In this document: piece after piece, positions 9,680 through 19,950 of the stretch
Layout: every line of letters begins with the position of its first letter
Position numbering within the stretch: position 1 is the stretch's first letter
Source of the DNA: Candidatus Cloacimonadales bacterium
GTDB lineage: Bacteria > Cloacimonadota > Cloacimonadia > Cloacimonadales > DAONDQ01
Assembly: GCA_963662275.1 (NCBI GenBank)
Contig: OY759316.1
Coordinates: forward strand, 544,001 to 608,000
Length of the DNA stretch: 64,000 nt
Reading direction: 5' to 3'
Program-made: the position numbers and the translations under genes
Notes under the pieces: model-generated
Seen by the model: only the letters and a program-made list of their open reading frames with translations
What the model was told of the DNA's origin: nothing
Databases searched by the model: none

Positions 9680-10879
9680 ATGGATATTCTAATTTTGAAT
9701 TGCGGAAGTTCATCCATTAAATTTCAATTTATTCACATGGAAACACAAACCGTATTGGTAGATGGCATCGTTGAACGTATTGGTGAAGATACTTCTCTGT
9801 ATACATATAAAAGTGAAGCTTATACCAAGAAAAAGCGGGAAATGGTGATTGATAATCATGAAAAAGGATTGCAGCTTATCCTTGACTCACTCGTAGACCC
9901 TATGCATGGTGTGATTAAAAGCTTTGAAGAAATTGATGCAGTTGGTCATCGTCTCGTACATGCAGGTGAGCATTACTCTGATTCTGTCATTATCACAGAT
10001 GAAGTGATTCGTGTCATGACAGAATGTATCAGTCTTGCACCATTACATAATCCGGCAAATATAATGGGTGTTGAAGCCGTGAAAAAGAACCTTCCAAACG
10101 TCCCCCAATGCGGTACTTTCGATACAGCTTTTCACCAGACCATGCCATCAAAAGCTTATTTATATGCACTTCCCTTAGAGTATTATACGGATAAAAAAAT
10201 CAGACGCTATGGTTTTCATGGAACCTCTCATAAGTATGTATGCCGTAAGGCTGCAGAGCATTTAGGTTTGGATTTAGGTAAAACCAAGATCATTACTTGT
10301 CATTTAGGTAATGGGGCTTCAATCACTGCTATAAATAATGGTGTATCAGTTGATACTTCCATGGGTTTCACTCCCTTGGAAGGTTTGATGATGGGCACAC
10401 GTTGTGGTGATTTAGATCCTGCAATCCCAATCTACATGCAGAAGAATTTAAATATGACAGTGGATGAAGTAAATTCTGTCTTAAATAAGAAAAGCGGTAT
10501 GCTTGGACTTTCCCATATTTCCAATGACATGAGACAGATAGAGGAAGAAATCTTGGAAAAGCATAATCCTTTGGCAATCCAGGCGCACGATGTCTATGCA
10601 TATCGGATCAAGAAGTATATTGGTGCCTATACTGCTGCTATGAATGGTGTTGATGTTATCGTGTTTACAGGAGGTGTTGGGGAAAATATGCCGATACTTC
10701 GTGAACTGGTCTGTGAAGATATGGATTGGCTAGGTATCAAGCTCAACAAGAAGGAAAATGATCAATTCATCTCGGGAATTCTCGATCTTACAGGTGAAGG
10801 ATCGAGAGTTAAAATACTTAAAGTTCCGACTAATGAAGAATTAATGATCGCTTTAGAAACGGAAGCTTTGTTAAAATAG
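9680..10879 (+). CDS. ackA: Acetate kinase
   Basis: LNCGSSSIKF, GHRLVH, LAPLHNP, FDTAFHQT, RRYGFHGTSH, HLGNGAS, DTSMGFTPLEG, PTNEEL. Confidence 0.97.
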   Translation: MDILILNCGSSSIKFQFIHMETQTVLVDGIVERIGEDTSLYTYKSEAYTKKKREMVIDNHEKGLQLILDSLVDPMHGVIKSFEEIDAVGHRLVHAGEHYSDSVIITDEVIRVMTECISLAPLHNPANIMGVEAVKKNLPNVPQCGTFDTAFHQTMPSKAYLYALPLEYYTDKKIRRYGFHGTSHKYVCRKAAEHLGLDLGKTKIITCHLGNGASITAINNGVSVDTSMGFTPLEGLMMGTRCGDLDPAIPIYMQKNLNMTVDEVNSVLNKKSGMLGLSHISNDMRQIEEEILEKHNPLAIQAHDVYAYRIKKYIGAYTAAMNGVDVIVFTGGVGENMPILRELVCEDMDWLGIKLNKKENDQFISGILDLTGEGSRVKILKVPTNEELMIALETEALLK

Positions 10880-10900
10880 GAATTGAAACAAATTTAATTC

Positions 10901-10928
10901 AGGACATCCTAACGGGTGTCCTTTTTTT
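10901..10928 (+). terminator. Intrinsic terminator after ackA
   Basis: AGGACATCC-taac-GGGTGTCCT then T-run. Confidence 0.85.
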
Positions 10929-12807
10929 ATAGGATTCTATTGTATCTTTCATAAAGATAATCTGTAAAGTCATGCTCATCAACCAGTAATTGTTTATTCA
11001 ATAAAGCCAGGTTGAAAAGCCTGAGTAGTTTCAGATTTCCAATATTATCTACTTCAGCATTCAAATGAGGTAGAAACTCTTGAATCAGATCAGATTCTAG
11101 AACAACCAGTTTCTGGAATTTACATATCTGCTTCTGATTGATAAAACTCTTATCTGAATTTGAATTGATATACCATTGCAAAAATGGAATCTTGATACCA
11201 AGATGATTCATCACTTTTATGTAAGGTGATAGAGTTTTATAAAGCCACCATGGTGAATCAGCAGAAAAGATATATCCTGATAAAACAAACTTACTAAGCT
11301 GTGGATGATATTTTTTCAGATAAGCTAACAACAGCTTTCTGCTTTCTCTATGCCTGAGAGGTATTCTTGCTGTAAAATCAGTAATTTCAATGTTCATTGA
11401 AGGTGATAGGAGTTCAACATACGGACGACCATTGATGCGATTCCAGGACAACAAATTAGCCATTTTATGAATATGTCTGAATCTTTCCAGATAGTTTTCC
11501 ATGGTACCGGTAGTATTGATCTGTTGATTTAAAAACATGATCGCAGTTTGCATCATATTTTCGTATTCCTGATTCTGAACAGGAGAAATTAATGATTGAT
11601 AGTCATGTAATGTTGTATTTCTCAAACCCAGGAAAGCAAGCTGTAAATAAGTTTCTGCGGTAGGTTTTTCTAGCTTGTGTAATTTCAAAGGTAAACCCAT
11701 GTTGATAGTATTGCTTAGTTTTCTTCTATCTGTATAATGGTAAACACCGCCAAGATACTCAGTTAGACCGGTCAATTCAAAGACTAAATCATGTTGTTGG
11801 CGGAATTTCAATTGATCCAGGTTGTATACTTTATTGTTTAGGATCAGATTATCAGAAATAGCTAAATAATCCACGTACCCTTTCGTAAAATCGGACTGAG
11901 AATAATCTTCCAGCACATGGTGTTCAGAAAGTCCCATGGCTGAAGTAATTTGCTTTGCCAGAACGTAATCAAGGTCATCTTTATGCGACCCTGTAAAATA
12001 GAGAAGTTCGTCCTTATTTTTAATTCCTGCCATAATTAATCGCGAATCAATCCCACCTGTGAAGCCTAACCCATATTTGAATGATTTGCTATGTAATCCA
12101 TTCGTAGATTTTTCCCAAAGGGAAGCAAATGAATCGACCCATACATCGAAAGTGCGATTCTCTTCCACAGAAGGCATTTTATAGAAGAAATCATGCTTTA
12201 TTTTTTTTCCATCATATTCAATATATGCACCTTTGGCGACAGATTTAATACCCTCTACTGGTGTAAAATCAGAGAGATTGGTTCCTAATTGATAGTATTC
12301 GATCATTCCATTTGTAATCCGGTTTATTTTTTTTCCGGTTATTTTTACTAAGATTTCGAAGCTTGTTGAAAGTATCAAAGTATCTTGTCCCAAAACATAA
12401 TAAAGGGGAATCGAGTTAAGAAAACTAGTAAAAGCATATAAATTTTTATTTGCTTTGTCGATTACGATACCGACATAAGAACCATTCAGAAAAGCATACG
12501 GAATATTTGTTGGATGATCTTTGTATTGTCTAAGAATATCCCCCAAAATTTGTTCAGGATTACTCGCTAAATCGTCGATGCTTGCATTTTTCGGGAAAGC
12601 AATACCATGCATGATTAAACCCAAATTATCATTCCAAACTATACGTTCAGGTAGTCCGGCTGAATATGGATTACTGCTGATGAGACGAATATTATCTTCA
12701 ATTACGATCTTCTCAGAACTGGTAAAGAGACATTGATTGTCTTCCAGCAGATTTGCTGCATTTGGACCATACATGAATAGTAGATACTTACTTTTTTGTT
12801 TTGTCAT
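10927..12807 (-). CDS. Asparagine-synthase-related amide ligase (divergent)
   Basis: LNGSY, GFTGGIDSRL PP-loop, C-terminal synthetase-like region; no N-terminal catalytic Cys. Confidence 0.65.
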   Translation of the reverse strand: MTKQKSKYLLFMYGPNAANLLEDNQCLFTSSEKIVIEDNIRLISSNPYSAGLPERIVWNDNLGLIMHGIAFPKNASIDDLASNPEQILGDILRQYKDHPTNIPYAFLNGSYVGIVIDKANKNLYAFTSFLNSIPLYYVLGQDTLILSTSFEILVKITGKKINRITNGMIEYYQLGTNLSDFTPVEGIKSVAKGAYIEYDGKKIKHDFFYKMPSVEENRTFDVWVDSFASLWEKSTNGLHSKSFKYGLGFTGGIDSRLIMAGIKNKDELLYFTGSHKDDLDYVLAKQITSAMGLSEHHVLEDYSQSDFTKGYVDYLAISDNLILNNKVYNLDQLKFRQQHDLVFELTGLTEYLGGVYHYTDRRKLSNTINMGLPLKLHKLEKPTAETYLQLAFLGLRNTTLHDYQSLISPVQNQEYENMMQTAIMFLNQQINTTGTMENYLERFRHIHKMANLLSWNRINGRPYVELLSPSMNIEITDFTARIPLRHRESRKLLLAYLKKYHPQLSKFVLSGYIFSADSPWWLYKTLSPYIKVMNHLGIKIPFLQWYINSNSDKSFINQKQICKFQKLVVLESDLIQEFLPHLNAEVDNIGNLKLLRLFNLALLNKQLLVDEHDFTDYLYERYNRIL

Positions 12808-12810
12808 GAT

Positions 12811-14403
12811 TTACTGGCTTCTGGCTTTATTAAACAATATCATGAATATGATTCGAATAAAATAATTTATATCTGTGCGTATTGGGTGTTTAATTTTCTT
12901 GAGTATATACATTTTCTCTGCATTGATGTTATCCTCGAAGCTCAATGGATATCCTTTACTAGCAACTCCTGGAGGCAGCAGTCCAGGCTTGAATTTCATT
13001 CTCATTTCCCTAAAATCTATTGGATATAAACTAAGATAATGTTCACTTAAAGGTCGTACTCCTACGATACTAATATCACCCTTTAGAAGGTTAATGATTT
13101 GCGGAATTTCATCTATCCAACATTTACGTAATACTTTTCCCCATGAAGTGACTCTGAAATCGTTGAATATTTTACCGCTATCTGCTAAGCTATTCCTATT
13201 ATAGGCATATTCCTGCAGATATTCGGAATAAGGATGCATGGTCCTCAATTTATAGATATAGAAAAATTTACCATCTTTACCTGTTCTTTTCAGCTTGATC
13301 AAAGGACCATAAGAGGGATTTTCATCTTGGCATGGTTTTTTAATCTTGCGAACAACATCATACATATAACCATCTATTTCTCTTTGATTAATAAATTCAA
13401 AACCACAATAATATAATCTTCCTAGCATCGCTGTTTCCGAAATAGCCCTATTTGTGCCATGTGTAATTCCAAAATACAGACCTTGTAATAGGGGAATCTT
13501 GGGGAAAGCACGATTGAAGATAAAATCAAAGAAATAAATTACTTTTCCTAAAATTGGGCCAAAAGCCACCATTGTTTTCCGAGCACGTTCTGCGATTGTT
13601 TCAGTTTTGAGAATGTAAACACCACCATCGACCAAATTCTCATTAACTTTGATAAAATAGCGATTTATACGTCTTAAGTCGTTGATTTTATGGAGATTAA
13701 TAAATAACTCCTGAGAATCAGTGTCTATGTTCTCAATGTTATAGTAGATTTCGCTATTTATTACGAATGTGTTATTTTTCGAAAATCTTGTCAAATCAAC
13801 ACTCTCATTGATGAAATCAAACAATTGTTGTTCATTCGATAGATATTGCTGCCATAATTTTATTTTAACTGCATCAGTAGAATTATCGTCTCCAAATTGT
13901 GGTGAGTATGGTAATTCAATGATAGAATGTGGAGCTGAATTAATCTTTTGTTGTTCCTCAATTTCGTTGTTTACTGTTGATGTAAGGAGAGAAGTATTCG
14001 AAAAACTTGTATTCTCACGTCGAAACCGTAACGAAAAATATATTAGTGAATAAACAGCAAATTCGATAGAGATTGTGAGGAGTATTGTGCCAAATACCAG
14101 CATTCTTGAGTAATAGTACTTTTGTAAAATCATAATAAGAAACAGAATTACCGTTAGGGCATAAGTATCTGTTTTAAGAATCTGAAGAACAAGCTTCCCA
14201 TACGAATGATCACGGTTAATTTTATATTTACCTCCCATAATCGAAATGATCATCCAAATAACACAAAAAAAGATTAATGGTAGCAGATAATTTTGGATGA
14301 TGAAATGGGAACCACCCTTCAGTTTGACAAAAAAGATAAATGCAAAATAGACAAATACAAAATCTAATAAGAAAAATATGAACGACGTCACTTTATATTT
14401 CAT
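12811..14403 (-). CDS. Initiating polyprenyl-phosphate sugar phosphotransferase (bacterial sugar transferase family)
   Basis: 4 N-terminal TMs; RTGKDGKFFYIYKLRTM, RVTSWGKVLRKCWIDEIPQ, VGVRP, KPGL. Confidence 0.85.
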   Translation of the reverse strand: MKYKVTSFIFFLLDFVFVYFAFIFFVKLKGGSHFIIQNYLLPLIFFCVIWMIISIMGGKYKINRDHSYGKLVLQILKTDTYALTVILFLIMILQKYYYSRMLVFGTILLTISIEFAVYSLIYFSLRFRRENTSFSNTSLLTSTVNNEIEEQQKINSAPHSIIELPYSPQFGDDNSTDAVKIKLWQQYLSNEQQLFDFINESVDLTRFSKNNTFVINSEIYYNIENIDTDSQELFINLHKINDLRRINRYFIKVNENLVDGGVYILKTETIAERARKTMVAFGPILGKVIYFFDFIFNRAFPKIPLLQGLYFGITHGTNRAISETAMLGRLYYCGFEFINQREIDGYMYDVVRKIKKPCQDENPSYGPLIKLKRTGKDGKFFYIYKLRTMHPYSEYLQEYAYNRNSLADSGKIFNDFRVTSWGKVLRKCWIDEIPQIINLLKGDISIVGVRPLSEHYLSLYPIDFREMRMKFKPGLLPPGVASKGYPLSFEDNINAEKMYILKKIKHPIRTDINYFIRIIFMILFNKARSQ

Positions 14404-14449
14404 AAAAAATCAATCTCCTGGATTAAAATCTCATCTGGAATGATAAAAT

Positions 14450-15529
14450 TCAATGTCTTCGAAGAGAATCGAAATACAGATTAATTATTTCAATAATTCG
14501 TTCACATGAATGACCATCTCCAAAGTAGTTACCTTGGATACCTGTTGGATTGAACGTTCTTATTTTTTCAACAATATCATTTGTTTCTGCTTTTGACAGG
14601 ATATTCCAACCATCACGAACAGTCTCAACCCACGATGTAGAATCATAAATTGTTATGCAAGGAATTTTTAATAAATATGATTCTTTTTGTACACCACCAG
14701 AATCGGTGATTACCTTAGCTGCATGATTTAATAGTTTGAGAAAATCAAAGTAACCTTGTGCTTCAATGATCCTTACTTTTGTTGAATCAAGATGAATCGA
14801 ATTTTTTGCCAGTTCTTTAACTGTACGAGGATGAAGAGGTACGACGACAATTTGTCCACAAGACTCAAAAGCACGAAAGATATTAGCTAAATGAATCGGG
14901 TCATCTGTATTCGAAGGTCGATGTATTGTTGCCAGTACATATTCCTTATGCTTTAAAGAGAAGGTTTCGAGGATATTTGATTGTTTCTCAGATTTCTCCA
15001 GATTGTGCAGTAATACATCATACATCACATCCCCTGTCAGATAGGTTTTATCCGCTAATCCTTCTTTTGTCAAATTGTCCACAGCGGTTTGAGTTGGAGC
15101 AAATAAAAATGTGGATATATGATCAGCAACCAGACGATTCACTTCTTCGGGAATATGAAGATCAAAATTTCTTAATCCTGCTTCTACATGTCCCACTGGT
15201 ATGTGAAGTTTCACTGCTGCTAGAGATGCACTAACGGTTGAGTTAGTATCTCCATAAATAATTACAAAATCAGGTTTTTCCTGGATAAGAACTTTTTCTA
15301 CTTCAATGATCATATGACCAGTCTGATATCCATGGGAACCCGAACCGACTCCTAAATTATAATCGGGTTGCGGAATATCTAATTCTTGAAAGAAAATATC
15401 AGATAATTCCCGGTTATAATGCTGACCGGTATGTACCAGTATTTCCTGATGATATTTCCGTATTTCTTTAGAGAGTAATGCTGCTTTAATAAACTGAGGT
15501 CTTGCCCCAATAACAGATAAAATCTTCAT
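14450..15529 (-). CDS. wecB: UDP-N-acetylglucosamine 2-epimerase (non-hydrolysing), WecB/WbpI family
   Basis: GARPQFIK, HTGQHY, GDTNST, HVEAGLR, PEEVNR, TDSGGVQKE. Confidence 0.88.
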   Translation of the reverse strand: MKILSVIGARPQFIKAALLSKEIRKYHQEILVHTGQHYNRELSDIFFQELDIPQPDYNLGVGSGSHGYQTGHMIIEVEKVLIQEKPDFVIIYGDTNSTVSASLAAVKLHIPVGHVEAGLRNFDLHIPEEVNRLVADHISTFLFAPTQTAVDNLTKEGLADKTYLTGDVMYDVLLHNLEKSEKQSNILETFSLKHKEYVLATIHRPSNTDDPIHLANIFRAFESCGQIVVVPLHPRTVKELAKNSIHLDSTKVRIIEAQGYFDFLKLLNHAAKVITDSGGVQKESYLLKIPCITIYDSTSWVETVRDGWNILSKAETNDIVEKIRTFNPTGIQGNYFGDGHSCERIIEIINLYFDSLRRH

Positions 15530-15542
15530 TTTTAACCTTTAT

Positions 15543-16373
15543 TTAAATAGAATAGTGACTTTTAAACTGTCTTTCTGTATAGATGCGAATTCCCCATTTC
15601 CGGACGTAATCCCGAAAATCATCGGTCATTTCATCTTCAGTTCCAGTGTATTCGAATGTTTCTACATTAACCTGAAAATCATTGATTGTGAGGTAGGGAT
15701 AATCAAGGATAATATTAGGATTAATCTCATGATACTTTGCAATAAGGATATAATCATTAATGATTTCCTGGGTTTTCTTAACTTTATCCTCATAGTTTAG
15801 GGGTATGATATCTTTGATGAACAATGCAGGAGCCCCAGCATAAACTCCTTTTTGCTTCAGGCTTTTATACACAACCGACTGTGCTCCGACAACGCAGTAA
15901 TCTGCAATTTCAACACCTTGCATAATGAGAGAACGATAACCTATGATGACTCCATTTCCGATTTTAACTCCAGCAAATTTTGCCGGATAACCTTCTAAAA
16001 CAGAAAGCCAAAAACCATGTGTTAGGATAGAAGTTTCAGGAGAAAGACCAACATCATTACCAATGAATACTTCCTCACAAACATTGATGAAATTGTTATG
16101 TATAACGCAACGATCTCCAATACTTAAATTCGCATTTGGATGCTGCCTTCCACCGCCACCAATGGTCAAGCCTGAACTATTGTAAAAATGCATTCCAATC
16201 GATACATTATTTCCTGAAATGGTAGTATTATTGCCTAGATTACTGAATTTTCCTAAACGGAATTCACCGTGAACCCGAATATTGATATCCCTTCCAAATT
16301 CAGTTTTTTCATCAATGTTAATTTTATTTGCTTTTATTATAACATTCTTCTCAGGTATTTCAAATATCTCCAT
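15543..16373 (-). CDS. Hexapeptide-repeat (left-handed beta-helix) acyltransferase with C-terminal extension
   Basis: IGDRCVI, IGNDVGL, IGNGVIIG, VVGAQSVV, YAGAPA; start moved to the ATG after AAGGAG. Confidence 0.8.
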   Translation of the reverse strand: MEIFEIPEKNVIIKANKINIDEKTEFGRDINIRVHGEFRLGKFSNLGNNTTISGNNVSIGMHFYNSSGLTIGGGGRQHPNANLSIGDRCVIHNNFINVCEEVFIGNDVGLSPETSILTHGFWLSVLEGYPAKFAGVKIGNGVIIGYRSLIMQGVEIADYCVVGAQSVVYKSLKQKGVYAGAPALFIKDIIPLNYEDKVKKTQEIINDYILIAKYHEINPNIILDYPYLTINDFQVNVETFEYTGTEDEMTDDFRDYVRKWGIRIYTERQFKSHYSI

Positions 16374-16383
16374 ATCAATCTCC

Positions 16384-17067
16384 TTAAAATAATCCAGCAT
16401 TCAAATCTATCGTTGTTCCATTAATGTAATCGGATACAATCAGACAATGAATAACATTGTAAATATTATCTGGATGACCGAAAGTACCACTTGGAATCTG
16501 TTCCTTTATTTTGCTCTGTATCTCAGCAGGAACAGCTTGAATCATTCCTAAATCAAAATATCCAAGATTAAGTGAATTCACTGTAATCCCTTTTTTTGCA
16601 TTCTCTTTGGCAAGACTTTTAGATAAACCCCATAGACCTGCTTTGGATGCAGCATAGGCTGTCGTACCTGGGACTCCTGACTGAGCTACTACAGAAGCAA
16701 AATTAATAATACGTCCCCAGTTTTGTTCTCGCATAACCGGTAAAACGGTATGAATCATATAAAATGTACCAATGAGATTCACTTGAATTACATTACTCCA
16801 CAGAGCTAAATCAGATTTATGGGCAAATGCATTATAATTAATCCCAGCACAATTGATTAAAACAATTTTATTTAGCAGTGGTCTGACTTTTTCGAACCAC
16901 AGGTTTAATTCACTAGGTTGAGTAATATCGAGGCAAAAAACGTTAGAATTATCACGTAAATCCTCTGCTACAAATTTATCCAATCCAATCACATCAGAAT
17001 TTTCTTCACGAAACCTATTCCAAAGGAATCTACCTATCCCTGAAGATACACCGCTTATGATAATCAA
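16384..17067 (-). CDS. FabG/PhaB-like short-chain ketoreductase
   Basis: SGVSSGIG, NCAGI, GRIINFASV, YAASK. Confidence 0.85.
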   Translation of the reverse strand: MIIISGVSSGIGRFLWNRFREENSDVIGLDKFVAEDLRDNSNVFCLDITQPSELNLWFEKVRPLLNKIVLINCAGINYNAFAHKSDLALWSNVIQVNLIGTFYMIHTVLPVMREQNWGRIINFASVVAQSGVPGTTAYAASKAGLWGLSKSLAKENAKKGITVNSLNLGYFDLGMIQAVPAEIQSKIKEQIPSGTFGHPDNIYNVIHCLIVSDYINGTTIDLNAGLF

Positions 17068-17076
17068 TTTACTTTC

Positions 17077-18069
17077 CTATGCCCATTTGATGATTGAAGC
17101 GCCCCATGTCCATCCGGAACCAACAGCAGCGAAAAGGATAATATTACCTGGTTTAAGCTTTCCAGCTCTATTCACTTCATCGAGAAGGATAGGAATGGTA
17201 CCGCCGGAGGTATTTGCATAACGATCCATATTGGTCATGACTTTCTCAAAGGGCAGACCCAGTATTTCAGCAGTCTTTTTTAAGATAGCAATACTGGGTT
17301 GGTGGGGAATCAAGTAATCTACGTCGTCGATTGTCATGCCGGAGTCTTTCAATACCTGATTTATTGCTTCCGGTAGCACTTTGGTTCCTGTATCATAAAC
17401 TTCTTTGCCAACCATTTGAAAATAATGTAATCTATCGTTTATAGTTTGATGTGTAGCTGGCTTTTCCGAGCCACCGGCAGGTATTGTAAAATTGAATTTA
17501 CCTCTTCCATCAGAGTAAAGTTTGAATGCCAGAAAACCCTCATCATCAGCAGTATGTGTTAAAATAGCAGCACCTGCACCATCGCCAAAAAATACACAAT
17601 CCCTTCGATTCCAATCAATAATCTTGGAAAAAGTATCAGCTCCAATTACCAGGACATGGTCATAAACACTTGCTGCAATGAATTGAGAAGCTGTTGACAT
17701 AGCGTATAGAAATCCGGAACATACGGCTGCAATATCAAAACATACAGCATGATATGCTTTGATACGATCCTGGACAAAACATGCGGTTGAGGGGGCTAGT
17801 CTATCCGGAGTTGCTGTAGCAACGATAATCAGATCAATGTCATCAACGGTAAGGTTCGCATTTTCGATTGCTTTTAATGCTGCTCTGGCAGCAAGATCAC
17901 TGGTCGGTTGATCTGCTTCAGCTATATGACGTTCTTTTATGCCTAAATTATCTAAAACCCATTTCGCATTTGTTGGCGTAATTGTTTCCAAAAATTCGTT
18001 AGTCAGGCATTTCTCTGGAACATAAGAACCTGTACCAATTATCTTTACGTTTCTTACGATTTGTTTCAT
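17077..18069 (-). CDS. fabH: Beta-ketoacyl-ACP synthase III family protein
   Basis: GTGSYVP, AVCSGF (Cys), FGDGAGA, PHQPS (His), ANTS (Asn). Confidence 0.85.
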   Translation of the reverse strand: MKQIVRNVKIIGTGSYVPEKCLTNEFLETITPTNAKWVLDNLGIKERHIAEADQPTSDLAARAALKAIENANLTVDDIDLIIVATATPDRLAPSTACFVQDRIKAYHAVCFDIAAVCSGFLYAMSTASQFIAASVYDHVLVIGADTFSKIIDWNRRDCVFFGDGAGAAILTHTADDEGFLAFKLYSDGRGKFNFTIPAGGSEKPATHQTINDRLHYFQMVGKEVYDTGTKVLPEAINQVLKDSGMTIDDVDYLIPHQPSIAILKKTAEILGLPFEKVMTNMDRYANTSGGTIPILLDEVNRAGKLKPGNIILFAAVGSGWTWGASIIKWA

Positions 18070-18081
18070 CTGCCCTCTATT

Positions 18082-18738
18082 TTAGTTTTTATCTATTCCG
18101 TCTTTAATCACCCAACGGATTACTTCAAATACTTCTGCATAAGTTGTTCCTATCTGTGTTCCCCTGGTAATTGCAAGGCTTCTAATAAATTGCTCCGATG
18201 CGTAATTTCTGCCTTTTTGAGAATTATAACAATCCAATGCTGCGATCTTTTTCTGAAGATTGAATTCATTCACGACAATGAAGCACTGTGTATGAATACT
18301 CATATTGTTCCATGGAATTTCATAAGCTAAGATAGAATTTTTTTTAAAGGCACGAATTCCTTCGTTAGCGATAGTTGAATGATCCTGGTGCAAATCACCT
18401 TGACAAGGCATGAATACAAGATCAGGTTTTAAATCTCGATTCAAAATGAAAAGATCTTCCAGGATTTCTTGTCGATGATGAGCAAAATTTCTCACCGGAT
18501 AATTGAAAATAATTAGATTTTCCGGTTTAATTCCTAATTCCTGGGTGGCGTTTTTGACTTCTGTTTTGAGAATGTCCTTTGGAAAAGGAGCTGGAACAGA
18601 TTCTTCAGCAGTGGAAAATGCAGCGTAATAGACATCTGCACCGCTATTGATTAGTTTATTAATACTTGCGCCACAACCAAATTCGCCATCATCGGTATGA
18701 GGAGCTAAAATCAGGATTTTCTGAAAACCTTTTATCAT
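18082..18738 (-). CDS. PIG-L/LmbE family N-deacetylase
   Basis: APHTDDGEFGCG, HQDH, SQ motif. Confidence 0.88.
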   Translation of the reverse strand: MIKGFQKILILAPHTDDGEFGCGASINKLINSGADVYYAAFSTAEESVPAPFPKDILKTEVKNATQELGIKPENLIIFNYPVRNFAHHRQEILEDLFILNRDLKPDLVFMPCQGDLHQDHSTIANEGIRAFKKNSILAYEIPWNNMSIHTQCFIVVNEFNLQKKIAALDCYNSQKGRNYASEQFIRSLAITRGTQIGTTYAEVFEVIRWVIKDGIDKN

Positions 18739-18750
18739 TTATTATTCCCA

Positions 18751-19845
18751 TTACTTAAAGCGTAGTTGATATTCAGGATCTTTATTTAAGATGTTCACAC
18801 TTTTTGGATAATTCTCGATATACCACTCTAGAAATGCTGTGACATCAATCTTATCAGCCAGCATTTTTGTTCTGCGTTTTATCCATTCTGCTTTGATATC
18901 AGGATAAGATAAGATTTCGTCAATTCGCTTAAAAACCAGTTCTGGTTCAGTAAGCTCTATGCCAAATGTTAAGTGATAAAGATGATCTAATTCTAAGACT
19001 AATGCAGAAAACCCAATTAAAGTACAATGCCTGATGGAAGGTGTTGCTAAAAGAGCAGCTTCTGTTACCATGCTTCCTGAATCACCGATTAAAAGGGAGC
19101 AATAGTACAATGCATGATGAATTTCATCTACTGGAACTGGTAATCGATAACTTTCCAGATGGATAGGTAATTTTCTTTCCGAATTGATATATACTTTCCC
19201 ATGAGGTTCCAGATAACGAATGATCTTTTCAGCCATTTGATTAGAAATACCTGCTTCACCAGCATCATGGTATGCTGTGAAACTAACTAGACGGATAATA
19301 AAGTACTTTTCCTCACCTTGATAAAGGTGTTTGACTTTTTCCGGATCTGGGATAAATCTGTTTGGATGTAAGTATGCAAGTTTTTGATAACCGTTATAGA
19401 AATTAGTCTTATAGACAAATTTGCCAACTTGGCAACCCTTGGGAACCAAGAGACGGGAGGCAAAAGGATAACCAATTTTACTGAGAATTTTAATATGATT
19501 GATATCATCTTCAACCGTAACAACGGATGGAATACCTAGAACCTTTCCAACATGCGTAATTTCTACTGATGAACCGATCATAAGATTCGGTCGATGTTTT
19601 AGACAAAAGAAAAATAATTTGACATCTCTTTTCAAGAGACTCCAAGCTATCGCAAAACGGGTATCTTTTCTTTCGACAAGTTGGAGATTAATATACTTCA
19701 TATGAGAACGGTTTAGCAATTCTTCAAGAATATCCTTTGTCTTGATGATCACATAAACTGTATGTTTTCTTTCTTCAAGTTCTCGAATGACATACTTATA
19801 AAAATGAAAATGTGCAGGATGACCCAAGTATATCAAAACCTTCAT
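18751..19845 (-). CDS. DUF354 family GT-B-fold protein
   Basis: HPAHFHFYK, AYLHPNRF, AYHD, GDSGSMVTEAALLATPSI. Confidence 0.75.
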   Translation of the reverse strand: MKVLIYLGHPAHFHFYKYVIRELEERKHTVYVIIKTKDILEELLNRSHMKYINLQLVERKDTRFAIAWSLLKRDVKLFFFCLKHRPNLMIGSSVEITHVGKVLGIPSVVTVEDDINHIKILSKIGYPFASRLLVPKGCQVGKFVYKTNFYNGYQKLAYLHPNRFIPDPEKVKHLYQGEEKYFIIRLVSFTAYHDAGEAGISNQMAEKIIRYLEPHGKVYINSERKLPIHLESYRLPVPVDEIHHALYYCSLLIGDSGSMVTEAALLATPSIRHCTLIGFSALVLELDHLYHLTFGIELTEPELVFKRIDEILSYPDIKAEWIKRRTKMLADKIDVTAFLEWYIENYPKSVNILNKDPEYQLRFK

Positions 19846-19950
19846 TCAACCTCCAGAAGAATTCGTTCAAATTTATTCACTTTATATAAACTATCAGCTA
19901 TAGATAAGTAATTAAAACAATATCTACTGTCAATAGGTAAATGGTTATCT

